64,000 nt of DNA from Paraphysomonas bandaiensis (GCA_965644295.1 CBFFRP010000080.1:372001-436000), one strand, 5' to 3'. Counted from the stretch's first letter, positions 40,543 through 54,214 are shown. The notes: generated by a model from the letters alone, not told the origin. Numbers and translations: made by a program.

Positions 40543-43180
40543 ATGATATCTTCCCGTCCCCTCTCCCGCATATCACCCCTATGTCTTGTGCCTGTCTCTC
40601 GCCGCCTGTCCCTCAGCACCTACCCCCCCCCCTCACTATGCGGTAGATGCTCTTGTGGTAAGGTTGGCTACATCGCTAGTGGTCCCTCATACGTTAACTT
40701 CTACTCTCACTCCACTCCTCATCGAGAGGCCTCTGGATGCGATTATATAGAGGTTAGTGGGTTTAGTCGGAGTAATGTGCGGTGGACGGGGGAGCATGTG
40801 GAGTACAGGCCCTGCAGCTCATCTGACCCGCTCTTCTTCTGTCCTTATGATAAGAAAGAGTTTATTGGTGTTGATGCTACTCGATTGTTGGGAATGGTGG
40901 CCTGTAACTTGCGACTGGCGGAGGGTTATAGTGACAACAAATTACCTGACATGTACCGACCCAACCACCACCTGTTTTATGCGGACCGCGTCGTTGATGT
41001 GGAGGACGGATTGCCGAAGTGGGCTACTGTTCTACATAGTGATATTCTTCCTGAACGGAATACTAAAAACAAAGTTAGTTCTATTCCGAGTGGAATATGT
41101 GATGGCAAAGACAACCGACCACTACAGTGGATTGGACCAGATCTTGTGCAATCAACAGTTCGTTCTGGGAGTGTTCGAAAAGATGTTCTACCGCTCTCTC
41201 CTGTCCGACCTCCTGAACCTACTTTGTACCATTTTCCGGATGCCGATTATCCCGTTAATAACACTACTGTCATCCCAGAAGAAGCTATTGTACGGCGGGT
41301 AGCTCGCAAGTATCATCCCAGTCCAGGCGTCTACGTAGCACCTAGTAAGACGAAAAGAGAATCCATAGTCATTGGAGGTGGGCACAACGGACTCATTGCA
41401 GCGGCTTATCTGGCTAAAAAGGGGGTTGATGTGTGTGTTCTGGAAAGACGGCATTTAGTGGGTATGAAGTTTCCTGAAAGCCTTAAATGCGGCTGAATTA
41501 TGTATATGCAGGTGGGTGTGCTGTAACGGAGGAAATTATTCCGGGATTCAAATTTTCCCGTGCATCTTACCTTGCCGGCCTTTTGCGCCCCCAGATTATA
41601 GAAGATCTGGAACTGCATCGATATGGATTCAAGTATCTTCCGAGGAACCCGTCGTCATTTACTCCCACTCTCCCCTCGTCTCCCTATGCTGGAAAGTATC
41701 TAATACTGGGGGACAATGCACAAGCCAACTACGAATCCATAGCACAATTTTCCAAGCAAGATGCTGAGGCGTATCCTCTCTATGAGGAGTTTTTGGGTCA
41801 AGCAAGAGATATTTTGCAACCCCTTTTGGACAATCCTTTACCGTGCAACCCACTAGATACAGTGCCTTTCAGAGAAAAGGTTGAGCAGTTATTTTATGAT
41901 TTTGAATTTCATCCCTAAATCCTTCATGCACTTCAGGTTGAATCTATGAAAGTATTATCTCAACTTATTAAAGTCGGATATAAACACAAGGAGGTATTGG
42001 TTCCTTTTTACGAGCTATTTACTGGGCCTGCGCAACATATACTCGACCGGTACCTACGTATTATCCATGTATAAAAATTGATAATGTATACTCTAGATGG
42101 TTCGAGAGCGAGATACTGAAGACAACATTAGCGACAGATGCAGTTGTGGGTGCCCTCGTGTCACTTAAGCAGAATGGTTCGGCATATGTGCTGCTACATC
42201 ATGTTATGGGTGAGGCAGGAGGGAAAACAGGTGTTTGGTCATACGTAGAGGGTGGCATGGGTTCTATTAGCAATGCGATTGCAGCATCCGCCCAGAGCCA
42301 TGGCGCCGATATAGTAACAAATGCAACCGTGCGCCGTATTTTGTATGATTCACATGGAAAAGTGACTGGTGTTGAGATGGCCGACGGGTCGCAGTTGCAT
42401 GCTGAGTTTGTGTTGTCGGGCTGTACACCATTTCATACGTTTATGGAGCTGTTACCAGGTCTCTCAGCTACATCTGGCTACTCCGAAGCAATCTCTTCTC
42501 CTATTCCAAAGGATTTTACACAGCATATTCGTTTTTCTGACTACTCTTGTGGAGCCTTTAAAATAAATTGTGCCGTTACTGCACTTCCGAATTTTACATG
42601 CTACCCCTCTCCTGCGGATGGTTCACCCGGACCTATGCACCAAGGTACAGTGCACTTTGAATGCCTCACCGAGGAGATAGAGCATGCTTTTAGAGAGGCG
42701 TCAATGGGTATGCCCGCAACGCGCCCCGTTATAGAAATGACAATTCCATCTGCAGTAGACTCCACTCTAGCCCCACCAGGCCATCATGTCGTGCAACTAT
42801 TTGTGCAGTTTGCTCCATACGATGTGGATCCCAAGATTGGCAGTTGGGCAGACCCGGTGTTCAAGGAGTCCTTTGCGGACAGAGTGTGTGGTATAATTGA
42901 CGAATTCTGTCCTGGTTTTTCAGCGTCTATTATTGGGCGTGATGTTCTCTCTCCTCTAGATCTGGAACGAGTGTTTGGTTTGCAACGGGGACAAATCTGC
43001 CATGGCTCACTCTCTTTACATCAACTAGGTTATGCCCGTCCCATGACAGGATATAGCGATCATAGGACACCATTAAAGGGCCTATATATGTGTTCCGCTG
43101 GGACTCACCCAGGTGGAGGTGTAATGGGTGCTCCCGGAAAGAATTGTGCGCAGATTGTGTTAAGAGATATGGGAAAATGA
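40543..43180 (+). CDS. PYROXD2: Mitochondrial-type PYROXD2 (phytoene-desaturase-family FAD oxidoreductase) fused to an N-terminal GFA/Mss4-like domain
   Basis: Arg/Ser-rich N-terminus; GRCSCGKVGY...PNHHLFYADRVVDVEDGLPKW (GFA-like); VIGGGHNGLIAAAYLAK; AVTEEIIPGFKFSRASY; SAYVLLHHVMGE; RPVIEMTIPS; GLYMCSAGTHPGGGVMGAPGKN. Three GT-AG introns. Confidence 0.88.
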
Positions 43181-43820
43181 AAACGTATATGCTGGATGTG
43201 TAATGGTGTAAATAGAATAATGTAGGAAACTTATAATTAATATGATATATATTATACTATATTTCTGCAGATTTTGGAATGTCTAAACTTTTCTGTATGC
43301 GGAACTGACATACTTATATTTGGGCTTTTTTGTTGATGTCTATGTTATATGTTACTACGTTTCTACTCCTTCATAGTATTGGCTTATAATTATAATATTA
43401 ATATATGTATGTAGCATTGGCACTAAATTAATGACAACTAACGTAATTCATATAGAAGTATATGGCACTTCATTATACCTAAGTAATATACAGGGATTAT
43501 CACGTGCGATATTCATCACAGACGGTTATAATCCAAACTCTAGAGCATCAAGTCATCCAACTTTAAGCAAAGCTAACAGCATTAATATCACACAAGTTAT
43601 GAAACCTCGCACTACAGTACGTCAGATTATTTTATCAGCATATATTCAGCCACAGCCTTGGCACTCCCAGTAATTTTCCTTGTCCAAAGTACCTTTAGTA
43701 TAAATCAATCTAGACTAAATACTTTCGCAGTACGAGTAACTCGCTGGAAGTATGCATTTCACAGCACCAAGAAAATACAACCATCTATCAATGAACAAGC
43801 ATGCCGACTACGCATATGCT

Positions 43821-44292
43821 TTACAAATGCTTGTGACTTCCATCGCAATAAGGTACTCCATGTAACTTTTGTTTCGAGTATCTGCAATCATGAGAATCGA
43901 GTTAATAGCTAATGGAATCAATTCGGCACGTACCCACAACCACATACAAATACTGCTTTTTTGTTTTCAACACAACCGAGGTCCAGTTTGAGAGGGCTCT
44001 GCTGCCCGTCCTTGTACTTCTTATGGGAGCCATCACAGAGAGGAAACTTCGCACTCTGACCGCACTGACAGATGAACTTCGCCTTATCAGTTAGCTCCAC
44101 CTTATAGGGCTTTTTCTTTATGACAGTGAGGGGTTAGTGGGGGGTAGGAGTAGCATGGCTCATGGAGGGAGGGCAGCACTGTACCTGGAAACACTCGGAC
44201 CTAATCTCAAATGTTGGAGACAGTTGAGAGCATCGCCGGGATATCGGAGTGACTGGGTGGGAGCGGGAGAATCGTCTGGCAGCGGTTATCAT
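43821..44292 (-). CDS. CISD3: Two-CDGSH [2Fe-2S] protein, CISD3/MiNT-like, with a mitochondrial-type presequence (3 exons)
   Basis: Spliced product MITAARRFSRSHPVTPISRRC...KKPYKVELTDKAKFICQCGQSAKFPLCDGSHKK...VFVCGCGYSKQKLHGVPYCDGSHKHL-stop. The second CDGSH motif lies in an exon the ORF track misses. Confidence 0.9.
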
Positions 44293-44673
44293 GGCAGAGG
44301 CAGAGCGTGTAGTTGTAGACTATTCTGATGATGGCAGTGTTCCAGTTGCGGCATGGATGCTGTGCTGCATATATGCGTACAGAGTGTACAACTGTATACC
44401 ATAACTATGTGTCTATGATTTAGATATTTTAGTCAAAAAATCAGTAAAAAAGACAAAAAGGAATAAAAAAATACGACTTTTCAGCCCGTGGTTGTGTGCA
44501 TGGTATGTCACAAAACCCCTGGTTTTACTGTACCTAAGTGACAAATATAGCGATATATCGCGAGTCGTTGTGTGCTGTAGGGTCGCCCAGTGCAGTCCAT
44601 GCATGCATTGAGTCCAACGCTCTTATGAAAGTGTTAAGCTTCTTTCATATCCTGGTGCCATGTAGTAGAACCT

Positions 44674-45600
44674 ATGGCATTGTTAGGGTCAGAGTTTATT
44701 CATGCCTATGCGAAAAGGCTGCATATCCCGTCGCTGCATTCCATGCCTGCTGATGTGCACACTTTACAGACCATAACTGAGGCACATCTGCAGCACATCC
44801 CGTTTGAGAATATAAGCCAGCATGGTGGAGAGAGAGGAGGAGAGGACTTGACTCTACCGGGATTATACGATAAGATTCTACAACGAGATCGAGGAGGCAA
44901 CTGCTTTGAGCTCTCTTTGTTGTTGGCACACCTCCTTCAGTTGCTTGGATACGATGCATCTCTTCTGTTTTGTCGTGTGTATGCTGGTAAAGAGCGTGGT
45001 CGTAAGGGGTTCCCGGGGTTTAGAAAGGAGCCGGGACATTGCGCTGTTTTAGTTGGTCTGCCGAACAGCCCACACATTCCCCGTCTATTCGTAGATGTCG
45101 GGTTTGGAGAGCCCCCTCTTGGCCCTCTACGCTATACACTTGATGAAGAGCAAATAACTTCTGAAGGCATGTGCTCACGCATAATATCTCTTGATTGTTG
45201 CGCTGAGCATCAACTGGAGTGGTGTATTCAAGGAACGTGGCTGCCGCGGTTACGTTGGTCAGTCCGTGAGGCGGCTACTGATGCGTCTCCCGTTTCTCGA
45301 GAAGCCCTATTAACGGCATCCGCACGCCTCCGTACACAAGGGTCAACATTTTCACGCAAACTAGTTTGCTGCCGTTTAACACGTCATGATAAACTCACTA
45401 TATCTGGTTCTCGCCTCAAACGCACTTCTCCTCGCTTTGGCCCCGCTGCAGAGGTAAAAGTCACCGAGATCCATTTCAGCTGTCTGTCTGAAGTGCGAAA
45501 CGCTCTAATGGAGCATTTTAACATTCCGTTACTTGAGACCGAGAGATTAGATATATGTGCCAGTCGTAATGCACCGCTTACATGGTGGGAACATCTCTAG
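44674..45600 (+). CDS. NAT: Arylamine N-acetyltransferase family protein, intronless
   Basis: HLQHIPFENI, RGGNCFEL (catalytic Cys), GHCAVLV (His), FVDVGFG (Asp): complete Cys-His-Asp triad. Confidence 0.92.
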   Translation: MALLGSEFIHAYAKRLHIPSLHSMPADVHTLQTITEAHLQHIPFENISQHGGERGGEDLTLPGLYDKILQRDRGGNCFELSLLLAHLLQLLGYDASLLFCRVYAGKERGRKGFPGFRKEPGHCAVLVGLPNSPHIPRLFVDVGFGEPPLGPLRYTLDEEQITSEGMCSRIISLDCCAEHQLEWCIQGTWLPRLRWSVREAATDASPVSREALLTASARLRTQGSTFSRKLVCCRLTRHDKLTISGSRLKRTSPRFGPAAEVKVTEIHFSCLSEVRNALMEHFNIPLLETERLDICASRNAPLTWWEHL

Positions 45601-45792
45601 ACTGCACAATCATAGTTACATGTTAGAACTTGACGAAGGGTACTTGTGTGGACAACTATACAGTACCGATCTTCTTAGGTAGATTCTTGCTGGTATGATA
45701 AATACCATAATGGGTTAAGTTTAATTGTGAATAGATTTTATATGTTGAGACCATTATGTCTGACACAAAAATACAAAGATGTGTGTCATATT

Positions 45793-46782
45793 CAGGGCTG
45801 CGTAACAATTAATTGTCTATTAATTGTTAATTGACGCAGGTTTTTGTGAATTCTAATTGCAATTAATTGATTCAAAACTACTGCGCATGTAGCTATACAT
45901 TAGCTGCCAACATAACTTGCTCAACGTTCATTTAATCCCAGAGTCCAGGGACGACTGTTGAGTTTTGCTGTTTGAGCAATTAAAAGCTGTAATTCTAAGA
46001 TATTGGAATTATGACGGTTACTGGAGAATACAGTAGTGGTTAGCTGTATTATGAGAATTGATATCATGACGATGTAAGATCGTACTAGAAATGAGTGGTA
46101 GTAGAGATAACGTGATATATTGCTTATTATATTTATTATAATCTTCTCTTATCTTAACTTGATTAACGAGTAAATACACGTTCAGTTAACTTAGTAAATC
46201 ATCCAATTGTGTCATATCTTGACAACGACGATTCACACATGCGAACATGAGTCGTGAATGTCTGATTATTAGCAATAGGCGTGTAAGAGTCAGAACTAAT
46301 GTAGCAAAGCAATTTAACTAACTAATGCTTAACTCTGAAATCCTACTATTTTTCCCTACAAAAGCTGCTTGTGCGCCACCGAAAGCGCCATGGTCCAACC
46401 GCTTTCACTCTCTGTCCTTAAGCCTTAAGGTGAACTAGCCCGGATGCTTGACTTTAGAAGGCGTCCAAATACCCCGGATGCCTGTATATTCGCCAAGGTT
46501 CAAAGGCGTCTACACAAGTGACATTGGTGTCCCTTGTATCACACAAACATTTGGCTATGAGTGGGCAGAAAAATATCTACTGACTATATTAGTTTACTGG
46601 ACGAGAAACATCTCCGGTACTTATCCCCCTGAACCCAGAATTCCACGAAAAGGTGCGAGTCCGACTTTGTTGAGGGTAAAAACATGAGTAGCTCGAAGTG
46701 TAGGAGTCATACACTTGAGCAAATCAGTCGTATCAATCTTAGCTCTACATAACAATTTTCAAGTCAATTGATTGAACACCTG
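45793..46782. mobile_element. Non-autonomous hAT element (family A) containing a nested retroelement
   Basis: Left TIR CAGGGCTGCGTAACAATTAATTG matches 20/23 to the reverse complement of the 14185-14207 end. Decayed right end GTCAATTGATTGAACACCTG. TSD GTCATATT/GTCATGTT (7/8). Confidence 0.75.
46253..46680 (-). mobile_element. LINE-tail-related retroelement copy 3, possibly a SINE-like subfamily
   Basis: 9-bp TSD AACATGAGT (46244-46252 and 46681-46689). Left end shared with copy 2. Variant core at 46359-46407. Confidence 0.7.
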
Positions 46783-47054
46783 GTCATGTTGGATTCCATG
46801 AATTATTCTTGTAAGTATTAATATGAAACATATATATTTAAACGCGGAATTGAGCCAAAATATATATGGACAGAAATTTCCATGGAATAGGGCATAGTAC
46901 TCCTATGAGTTATACAGTACTCTTGAGCGAAAAGTATGACACAAATACGCCTTAAGTACTGTACGGACAATTATTATGACAACACAGGCTAGCTGCATCA
47001 ACTAAATAATGATATACATGTCTACACAATACTACAATATTATACACCAATTAT

Positions 47055-48623
47055 TCAATGCAAGTCAAAGCTATTTCCCACACTAACTTGACGTTTCTTG
47101 TCATGAAAACCTTCCTCCCTCTCTAACTCAAGAGCATCCTTCTCAGCAAGATCATAGGTGTCCCCATCAACCCAGGGTAACCGCACCAACGCCTTATAAG
47201 CAAAAGTACCATACCTAGAATTGGCAGCAATTATCAAAGCTTATAACTGGAAAAGAAGAAATACTGCTTACATGAGCACCATAAACCCGCCCAACTCCAT
47301 ATAGCTCCAGTTAGACCACTTCTCACCAATGGCCTGTACAAAAAACACCACACAATCACTACTCCGTATATCGTGCACTTATATGTGTCACTTACATTAG
47401 ACCCAAAGCAGTAAAACAGGAGAAGAGAAACGACCCATACCCCCATAACTCTGCATGCCTCCAAGATGGAGCGAACAACAGCAGAAAGACACTGAGTGAC
47501 AAAGTTTGCCGAAACATTGTAAAGAAGAATCGTAACAAAGTATCCCAAAGTTAGCCAGCAGAGAACAGAAGAATTAGATAGCTGATTATCAACACGTTAG
47601 TATAAAGTGGTTAGTGATAGTTCATCAACAACACAGTACCTGGACAAAGGTATCTTCAAAATCCTCATGCCACACAATTGATATTGCGAGTGGACTGCGG
47701 GGAGTGAAGGTCAAAATTGGAGCCAGTACAGCAAAGTATGCAACGCCCCACAGACCTTCCAGACCAACCAAAGCAACAGGGTCAAGAGTGGTATGCTTCA
47801 TATACACTAGATTACAACAATTTCAATGAGTTTATTGCCAACCTAACCTTGTTGTTCATAAGACTTTCCTCGGCAATGAACTGCACGGCAGTCACAGCCT
47901 GGGCAAGGAGAATAAATCCAAGGCCCAATATTACTTCACCACCTGATGACTCACTATCATCACTTTGTTGAATACCCGCTGTTCCCACCAAAATAACAGC
48001 CACGATGACCATCAATATTGCTACAATGATAACAAAGGTCAGATTCTTTCTCGATAATATCACAGGTATAAGACAGAAATACACATAAGCAAATCCTTAC
48101 CCCAATAATGAAAGCTTCTCAGTGTACGACCAAGATACTTCACACTTAAAATGGCAGAGAAAATTACAACACTCCCTCTTGTCATTTGGTATATAGACGA
48201 ATTTACATACAGAAGTCCAATGTTTCCCAAAATAGTATTAAGCAAATCTAAAGACGCCGGGAATGCGACAGCTTTCATAGTAGCCCAACTAGGATTAGGT
48301 GCATTAGGGTCATCCTTACCCCATCCAAACCAGAAGTAAAGAGGTAAACAGAGCGTCATTGAAACTTTCATAACCAGAACAGAAAACCAGGGCTTGTCAA
48401 AGTCGCAAACTTTGTCGTCATCATCATTCATGTCGCAGTATTGAGTTCCCTGGGCGCTTGTTTCAAACAAAGCCTTTGCAAAGAGTGTCGTGAAAGTACC
48501 AGAGAGAAGCATCAGCATAGCCCACATGAGTTTGAACGCTGCACTCTTCTCAGTGGATGATTTGGAGACTGATTTCTTGTCGCCTCGCAATAAACTATAC
48601 TGCACTGCATCATCGTCATCCAT
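47055..48623 (-). CDS. SLC35F6: SLC35F6-like drug/metabolite (nucleotide-sugar-type) transporter; multi-exon
   Basis: FDKPWF, PASLDLL, SSIYQMTRGSVVIFSAILS, QAVTAVQFIAEE, VGLEGLWG, VTQCLSAVVRSILEACRVMGVW; many TM segments. Confidence 0.85.
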
Positions 48624-49419
48624 TGCACGATAAGTGAATAAGAACTACTGGGGAATCAGTACAAATACTATGAATTACTTGGCAAGTGAGTGCAATGCCT
48701 GTATCGAATAGGAATTGCAGTGTGCTTCTTGTGCAATTAGTACACAGAGAATCATGGCATGGAACTGGACACTGCAACATATGAATGGCTCCGTATTGTA
48801 CACATATGGGCATCCCATCCGTACAGGTATACTGTGCTGTATACAGGTGCAGTATACGGGAGAGTGAGTGGCTTTGTATCGCCCACGGCAGTATATTCCA
48901 AATACCCGGATTATCATATTTATATATCTGGATATCTTAATATCCAGCAACCTGCGGGGGTACACATACAGTCCACCTCAGCACAGCACATGCATGAACA
49001 CAATGAACACACATAGCAATGTGTGAGTAGCAGTTGGAGAATGAAGAGAGATCCGTGAGACGATGGGGTTACTTTATCAGGACTGCATCTCTTGTGGGTA
49101 ATGATCCTACTGTGAAATAGGAGTACTGCTGGTCGTTACTCCACATGTGTCAACAGCAGTGAGCAGAGAGCAGTGAGTGCGTCGGATCTCATCGCTCATA
49201 TCTTATGAGTGCTGTCAATGTATCTGTATGTGGTGTGTGTCTCAGTCTCATCCATAAGCAGCTGCCACATATGAATAGCTACGTGTGCGATCTGATATAT
49301 TTGAACTCTGATCTCAGTGGCTTGTGATATTATGTGTGGGTCTGTTTACTGATGTTGGTATATATATTTAGTAGCTGTTGAATGGTTGAGTGTGTATTGA
49401 TCATTCGTACTTTGTATGA

Positions 49420-49897
49420 GTTAGCAATAGGCGTTAAAAACCTGCACCAACTTAGTAGCTAGATGACTGCTAGACAAACTAGTTAGACCTCTACCTGTAA
49501 CTAATCAGTACACACTTTTATTATCCTACTATTTAACGCTACGGAAGCTGCTTGTGCGTCGCCACAAGGACCCAGGTGAGACCACTTCCGCTCTGAGTTC
49601 TTAAGGTGAATATCCCGGATGCTTGACTTCAGGAGGCAGCCCAATACCCTTCAGGTGGGCCCTGTCCCAGTGGGCCCATTCCCGGATGCCTGTTTATTCG
49701 TCAGGGCCCAAAGACGTCTACATAAGTGACACTTATTGATGTCCCTTGTACCACACAAGCATTCGGCTATGAGTGGGCAGAAGAATATCTGCTGACTATG
49801 TTTGCGGCTCACGTTAGTTTCCAAGAGAGAATCTCTCTGGTACTTATCCCCCAGAACACTACGAAAAGCGAAAAGGTGCGAGTCCGACTTTGTTGAG
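49420..49897 (-). mobile_element. LINE-tail-related retroelement copy 4, same subfamily as copy 3
   Basis: Begins TTAGCAATAGGCG, core at 49542-49590, then extended homology to 46420-46674 ending at CCGACTTTGTTGAG. No clear TSD. Confidence 0.65.
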
Positions 49898-50326
49898 AGC
49901 CACTCTGTAGTTCTGGAGCAATGTCCCATCACGTATCCCGTTATCATACTGGTTTTCTCATCTTATTCACATGCAGTGATGAGGTATTTCTCTAACAACT
50001 ACATAATATCACTTGGTATTCAGTATTCAGGTAGTTGTAAATTAGTTACAAGGAAACATTAGTAGTTGTACACGCAGTCAGTATGGAAGTCAGCGTCGGC
50101 AAATAAATATTTGCTGAACAAAAGAGTCCGCACCACACTGAACCTTAAAGGATTACAGATTATGCTCCATCACAATTTAATCAAGTATTGAACTTAAAGC
50201 CAAAAACAGAGCAATTAAAAAAATCTGCATCTAACTACTCATCCTAATGCCGTAACATCAACAAAAACCACCCTACACAGCAACGACATTTTGACTTTTA
50301 TAGCGACATGCACACTTCATATTCCA

Positions 50327-53300
50327 TTAAACATCCTCAGCAACCTCATCTATCGTCTCTGCGATAACGAACCCTTCCATAACGGCAGCAACAGGCTTCT
50401 TATCCACGCTAGCCATCTCAGCGCGGTCCCTATAACCTAGCAGCACTGGGGTAGTGTGGGTCTACACAAGCACACATAAAATATTAGTACACAATATAAA
50501 CAATACACGCATGCAACTATTGCACACCATGCCGCAGTATCACAGCATAAGAGGGCGGAATAAATACCTGAAATCCTGTGATAGTCCTTGGTCTCCCCGC
50601 CTGTCCGACGGTTTCCACCGCTTGACCAACACGAACAGTGCATTTACTTAACTCCAACTGATCGTTGAGAGTGGCCATAAATCGCGGATTCATAGATGGT
50701 GTCAGGAAATAGAGAATATAGTGGAATTGATCTAAAAGGGTGCCTTGCATATCCACGCAAGCGTGCAATATTGTCAAAATACCGGCCACTGAAGCCCCAT
50801 TCATGAGCAACCTAAGCACAATATCAGCGCGGTATAATGCAGTGAAATATGAAATAGATGGACTGTCCATGACACTGTACTGTTCAGTTCAGCATATTAC
50901 ATATACCGTTCGATATCATATGATAACACGACACATCACCTGTCAGAATGAAATGGACTCAAAGTGAGTAGACCTTTACCCATGGCATTGAGCCCCTGAG
51001 CCAGTCTCACAATGAAAAGATGGTTCGCCTCTTTTGAGTAAAATTCTGAGAGCTGACGTAGCAGACCTGCCACTCTGGAGTTGTTAGAGCCCGCTGACAC
51101 CAGTCCTACATTATTGACACATCAGCAGTGAAATATCAAAACATGGAGAGAACAGAACATTCACAGCGACTTGTGAATATATATTCTAGATGTATGACGT
51201 CATTCACATGTGGTACCTAAGCTGAAAATGGCACTTTGAGCAACTTGTGCATCTCCATCATGACTCAACCTCGAGAGCTGGTCAATGACAGAATAATCGG
51301 GATTAGAAATGTACAGCAGTGCAAGAGCGAGCGGAACAACGCGTTTTACAGCTATGCCACCGTAGTGCAACAAGTGATCAAAAGTTCGTAAACACATATC
51401 GGTTCCGATGTCTTCGCCTATAGTCATCAACGCAATACCTATTACCGCTACAGATTGGTGATCTGTGGTTTCTGATTGGTGTTCAGCACATACGTGAAGC
51501 ATGCGCTGTATCATGAGAACGTTGCCAGTTCCTGCATATGCGCAGGTCTCAAGCGTGATATCGGCATACTTTCCCATTTTATGCTCAACTGTGCGAACAG
51601 CCTCAATCGTGGCTTCACATCGCTCATTCTTGCCTAAATACAGTAGCCCTAATCCCAGACAGAGAAATCTAGCGGTGGTATGGTTCAGTTCATCATCAGA
51701 AGCTTCCATGAGTCTCTGCACTATGACCCCTGCTATTTCGTCATCACACGTCCCTACGAACACCATACCAAGCGAGAGAGCAGCCAGAGAAACCTCAGTA
51801 ATGCTACAGTCCTCTGTAGCTGCTACTATAGGGATTAAAAGTTCTTGAACCTCCATGCGTCGGGCTGAAGCATAAGCGATACCAAGGCCACATATTGCGG
51901 CGCATTTAATGCAGCTCGAGGAACTGTCCAGATACTCTGACAATAAGGCCATAGCTGGGTCTGCATCATTTCTTACACCACTTGACACAATACCAATGGC
52001 CAAACAAGCCCCAGCTTTGATGTAATCTACATGATTATGAAAAAATTTATCTATTTCATTGAGACCACTGTCCACATTCCACAATAGGAGCATACCCAAG
52101 GAGGCGGCAGCAGATGTCATGCCGTGGCTTTTGTTCTTATACACCCATGAATTCTCAACGGTCATCAACTTATCTGTACAATGACCAGCGTTAACAAAGG
52201 CATTTACAAACGATGATGCCAGGTTGGCCCGGGCAGAGTCCACTGGCGCGGAACTGGTGTTCCTCGAACGAGGGTTAGGGTTTCCCTCTGCTAGGTGAGT
52301 CTTGTAGATGTCTTCAGGTGTCTTAGGTTCAATAACATCCAGATCACGCGCTACAGCTTGAAAATATTCATGTAGCCGGACATTTCCAATAAGCTCGTTG
52401 AGTTCCTCATCTTCGCACTCAAAATTCGACCGCGACCGTGCCAATATGAAAGCCATTTGCTTTTTAACAATATCTGTCGCCCCTGAATCATCGTTAAAAA
52501 GATCCTCAACCTTAAACATGTCGTCCATCTTAATGGCCACACGTAAAGCATCAGTGAATTTATTTTGTTGCTTATAGAGGGTGTATGCGGTATTAAACAG
52601 TTCTGACAGATCGTCTGGGTCCGCCATATAGTCCGCACAACGCAGCAGGTACAAGCAGACGCGTTCATAATTTCTTTCGTCCACGATATCCGCTTCAACT
52701 AACTTAGAAAGCTGCTGTACCTCTAGTAGCAGATCCACCGCTTCAGCCTCTGCATTGTGATGCATCTGAAAAGGGACTATATCGTCCACAAGACACATGA
52801 GATCATCCATGTCCGGATCTTCGCCTGCATACCACCATGAAAACGAAATATACGGGGAATAACATACAAAAACACCACGAACTAATATCTAAATAAGCTA
52901 CCAAGCAAAATAGTTTCATACCAGTAGAATTCTCTACAAGTCGTCTGTTGTATTCTTCCGATATCTCTCCAGATAAACTTCGTACGTACTCATGGCCCCA
53001 GGAAGAAATTTCAACACTTGTGCCCTCTAATTTAAACTTCAGACACTCGTGAGACCCAGGTTCCGCCATCGTCATTGCAAGAACAGAGAGCATATCCGCC
53101 ATGGTCTGTTTCATGTCATGAGCCACATGCCAAGCCTCATACACCTTTTTTAAATCGTCATAAAAAGGCCGCAGCATCTTGAGCGGTTTCGGCACAGATG
53201 TCATAGAGGCTGTGGAGGTCTTGATCTCATTGCAGAGGTACTGCAATGCCTGCTCATGCAGAGAAGTATCTGGCTCCTGTAGACGGGTTACAGCTAGTTC

Positions 53301-53429
53301 CAGACCATCCTTTAGAGCCTGATCCTCCTCTGACAGCTCCAACACTACACTTGCCTTAGACTTATCTTTATCGCCGTCTGCAGGTTTATCTGTGCTGGCG
53401 GACTCTTTGGTAGAATCTTGGGACGGCAT
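50327..53429 (-). CDS. RPN1: 26S proteasome regulatory subunit RPN1/PSMD2
   Basis: ELSEEDQALK, STASMTSVPKPLKMLRP, SWGHEYVRSL, HNAEAEAVDLLLEV, PKTPEDIYKTHL, DSARANLASSFVNAFVNAG, VRVGQAVETVGQAGRPRTITGFQ. Last exon ends ...EDV-stop at 50327. Confidence 0.97.
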
Positions 53430-53550
53430 TGTGGTGATTGTTATGCGCGAGTAGTCTAATGTGAGGCAAAGCACCGAATCACCATAAGAAATACTACAAT
53501 ACACTTCACACAGAACCATACTGCAATATAAGCTACACACTACACCCTCC

Positions 53551-54061
53551 TACATACATATACATACATACATACATTCATACATACATACATACATACA
53601 TACATACATACATACATACATACATACATACATACATACATACATACATACATACATACATACATACATACATACATACATACATACATACATACATACA
53701 TACATACATACATACATACATACATACATACATACATACATACATACATACATACATACATACATACATACATACATACATACATACATACATACATACA
53801 TACATACATACATACATACATACATACATACATACATACATACATACATACATACATACATACATACATACATACATACATACATACATACATACATACA
53901 TACATACATACATACATACATACATACATACATACATACATACATACATACATACATACATACATACATACATACATACATACATACATACATACATACA
54001 TACATACATACATACATACATACATACATACATACATACATACATACATACATACATACAC
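53551..54061. repeat. About 510-bp nearly perfect (TACA)n microsatellite
   Basis: Seen directly. Confidence 0.98.
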
Positions 54062-54214
54062 ACGCAATATATCTACCAGTGGTATGTGTAATGGGTGGAG
54101 GATGTGATGTTCCCATTTGTCTCATCACAATCCAGTAACCTTCTCCTCTCTCAACCATCTGATGAGGGCACCATATAGTTAGTCCGACCTCATTATTATC
54201 TGGTATGGTTGTGT

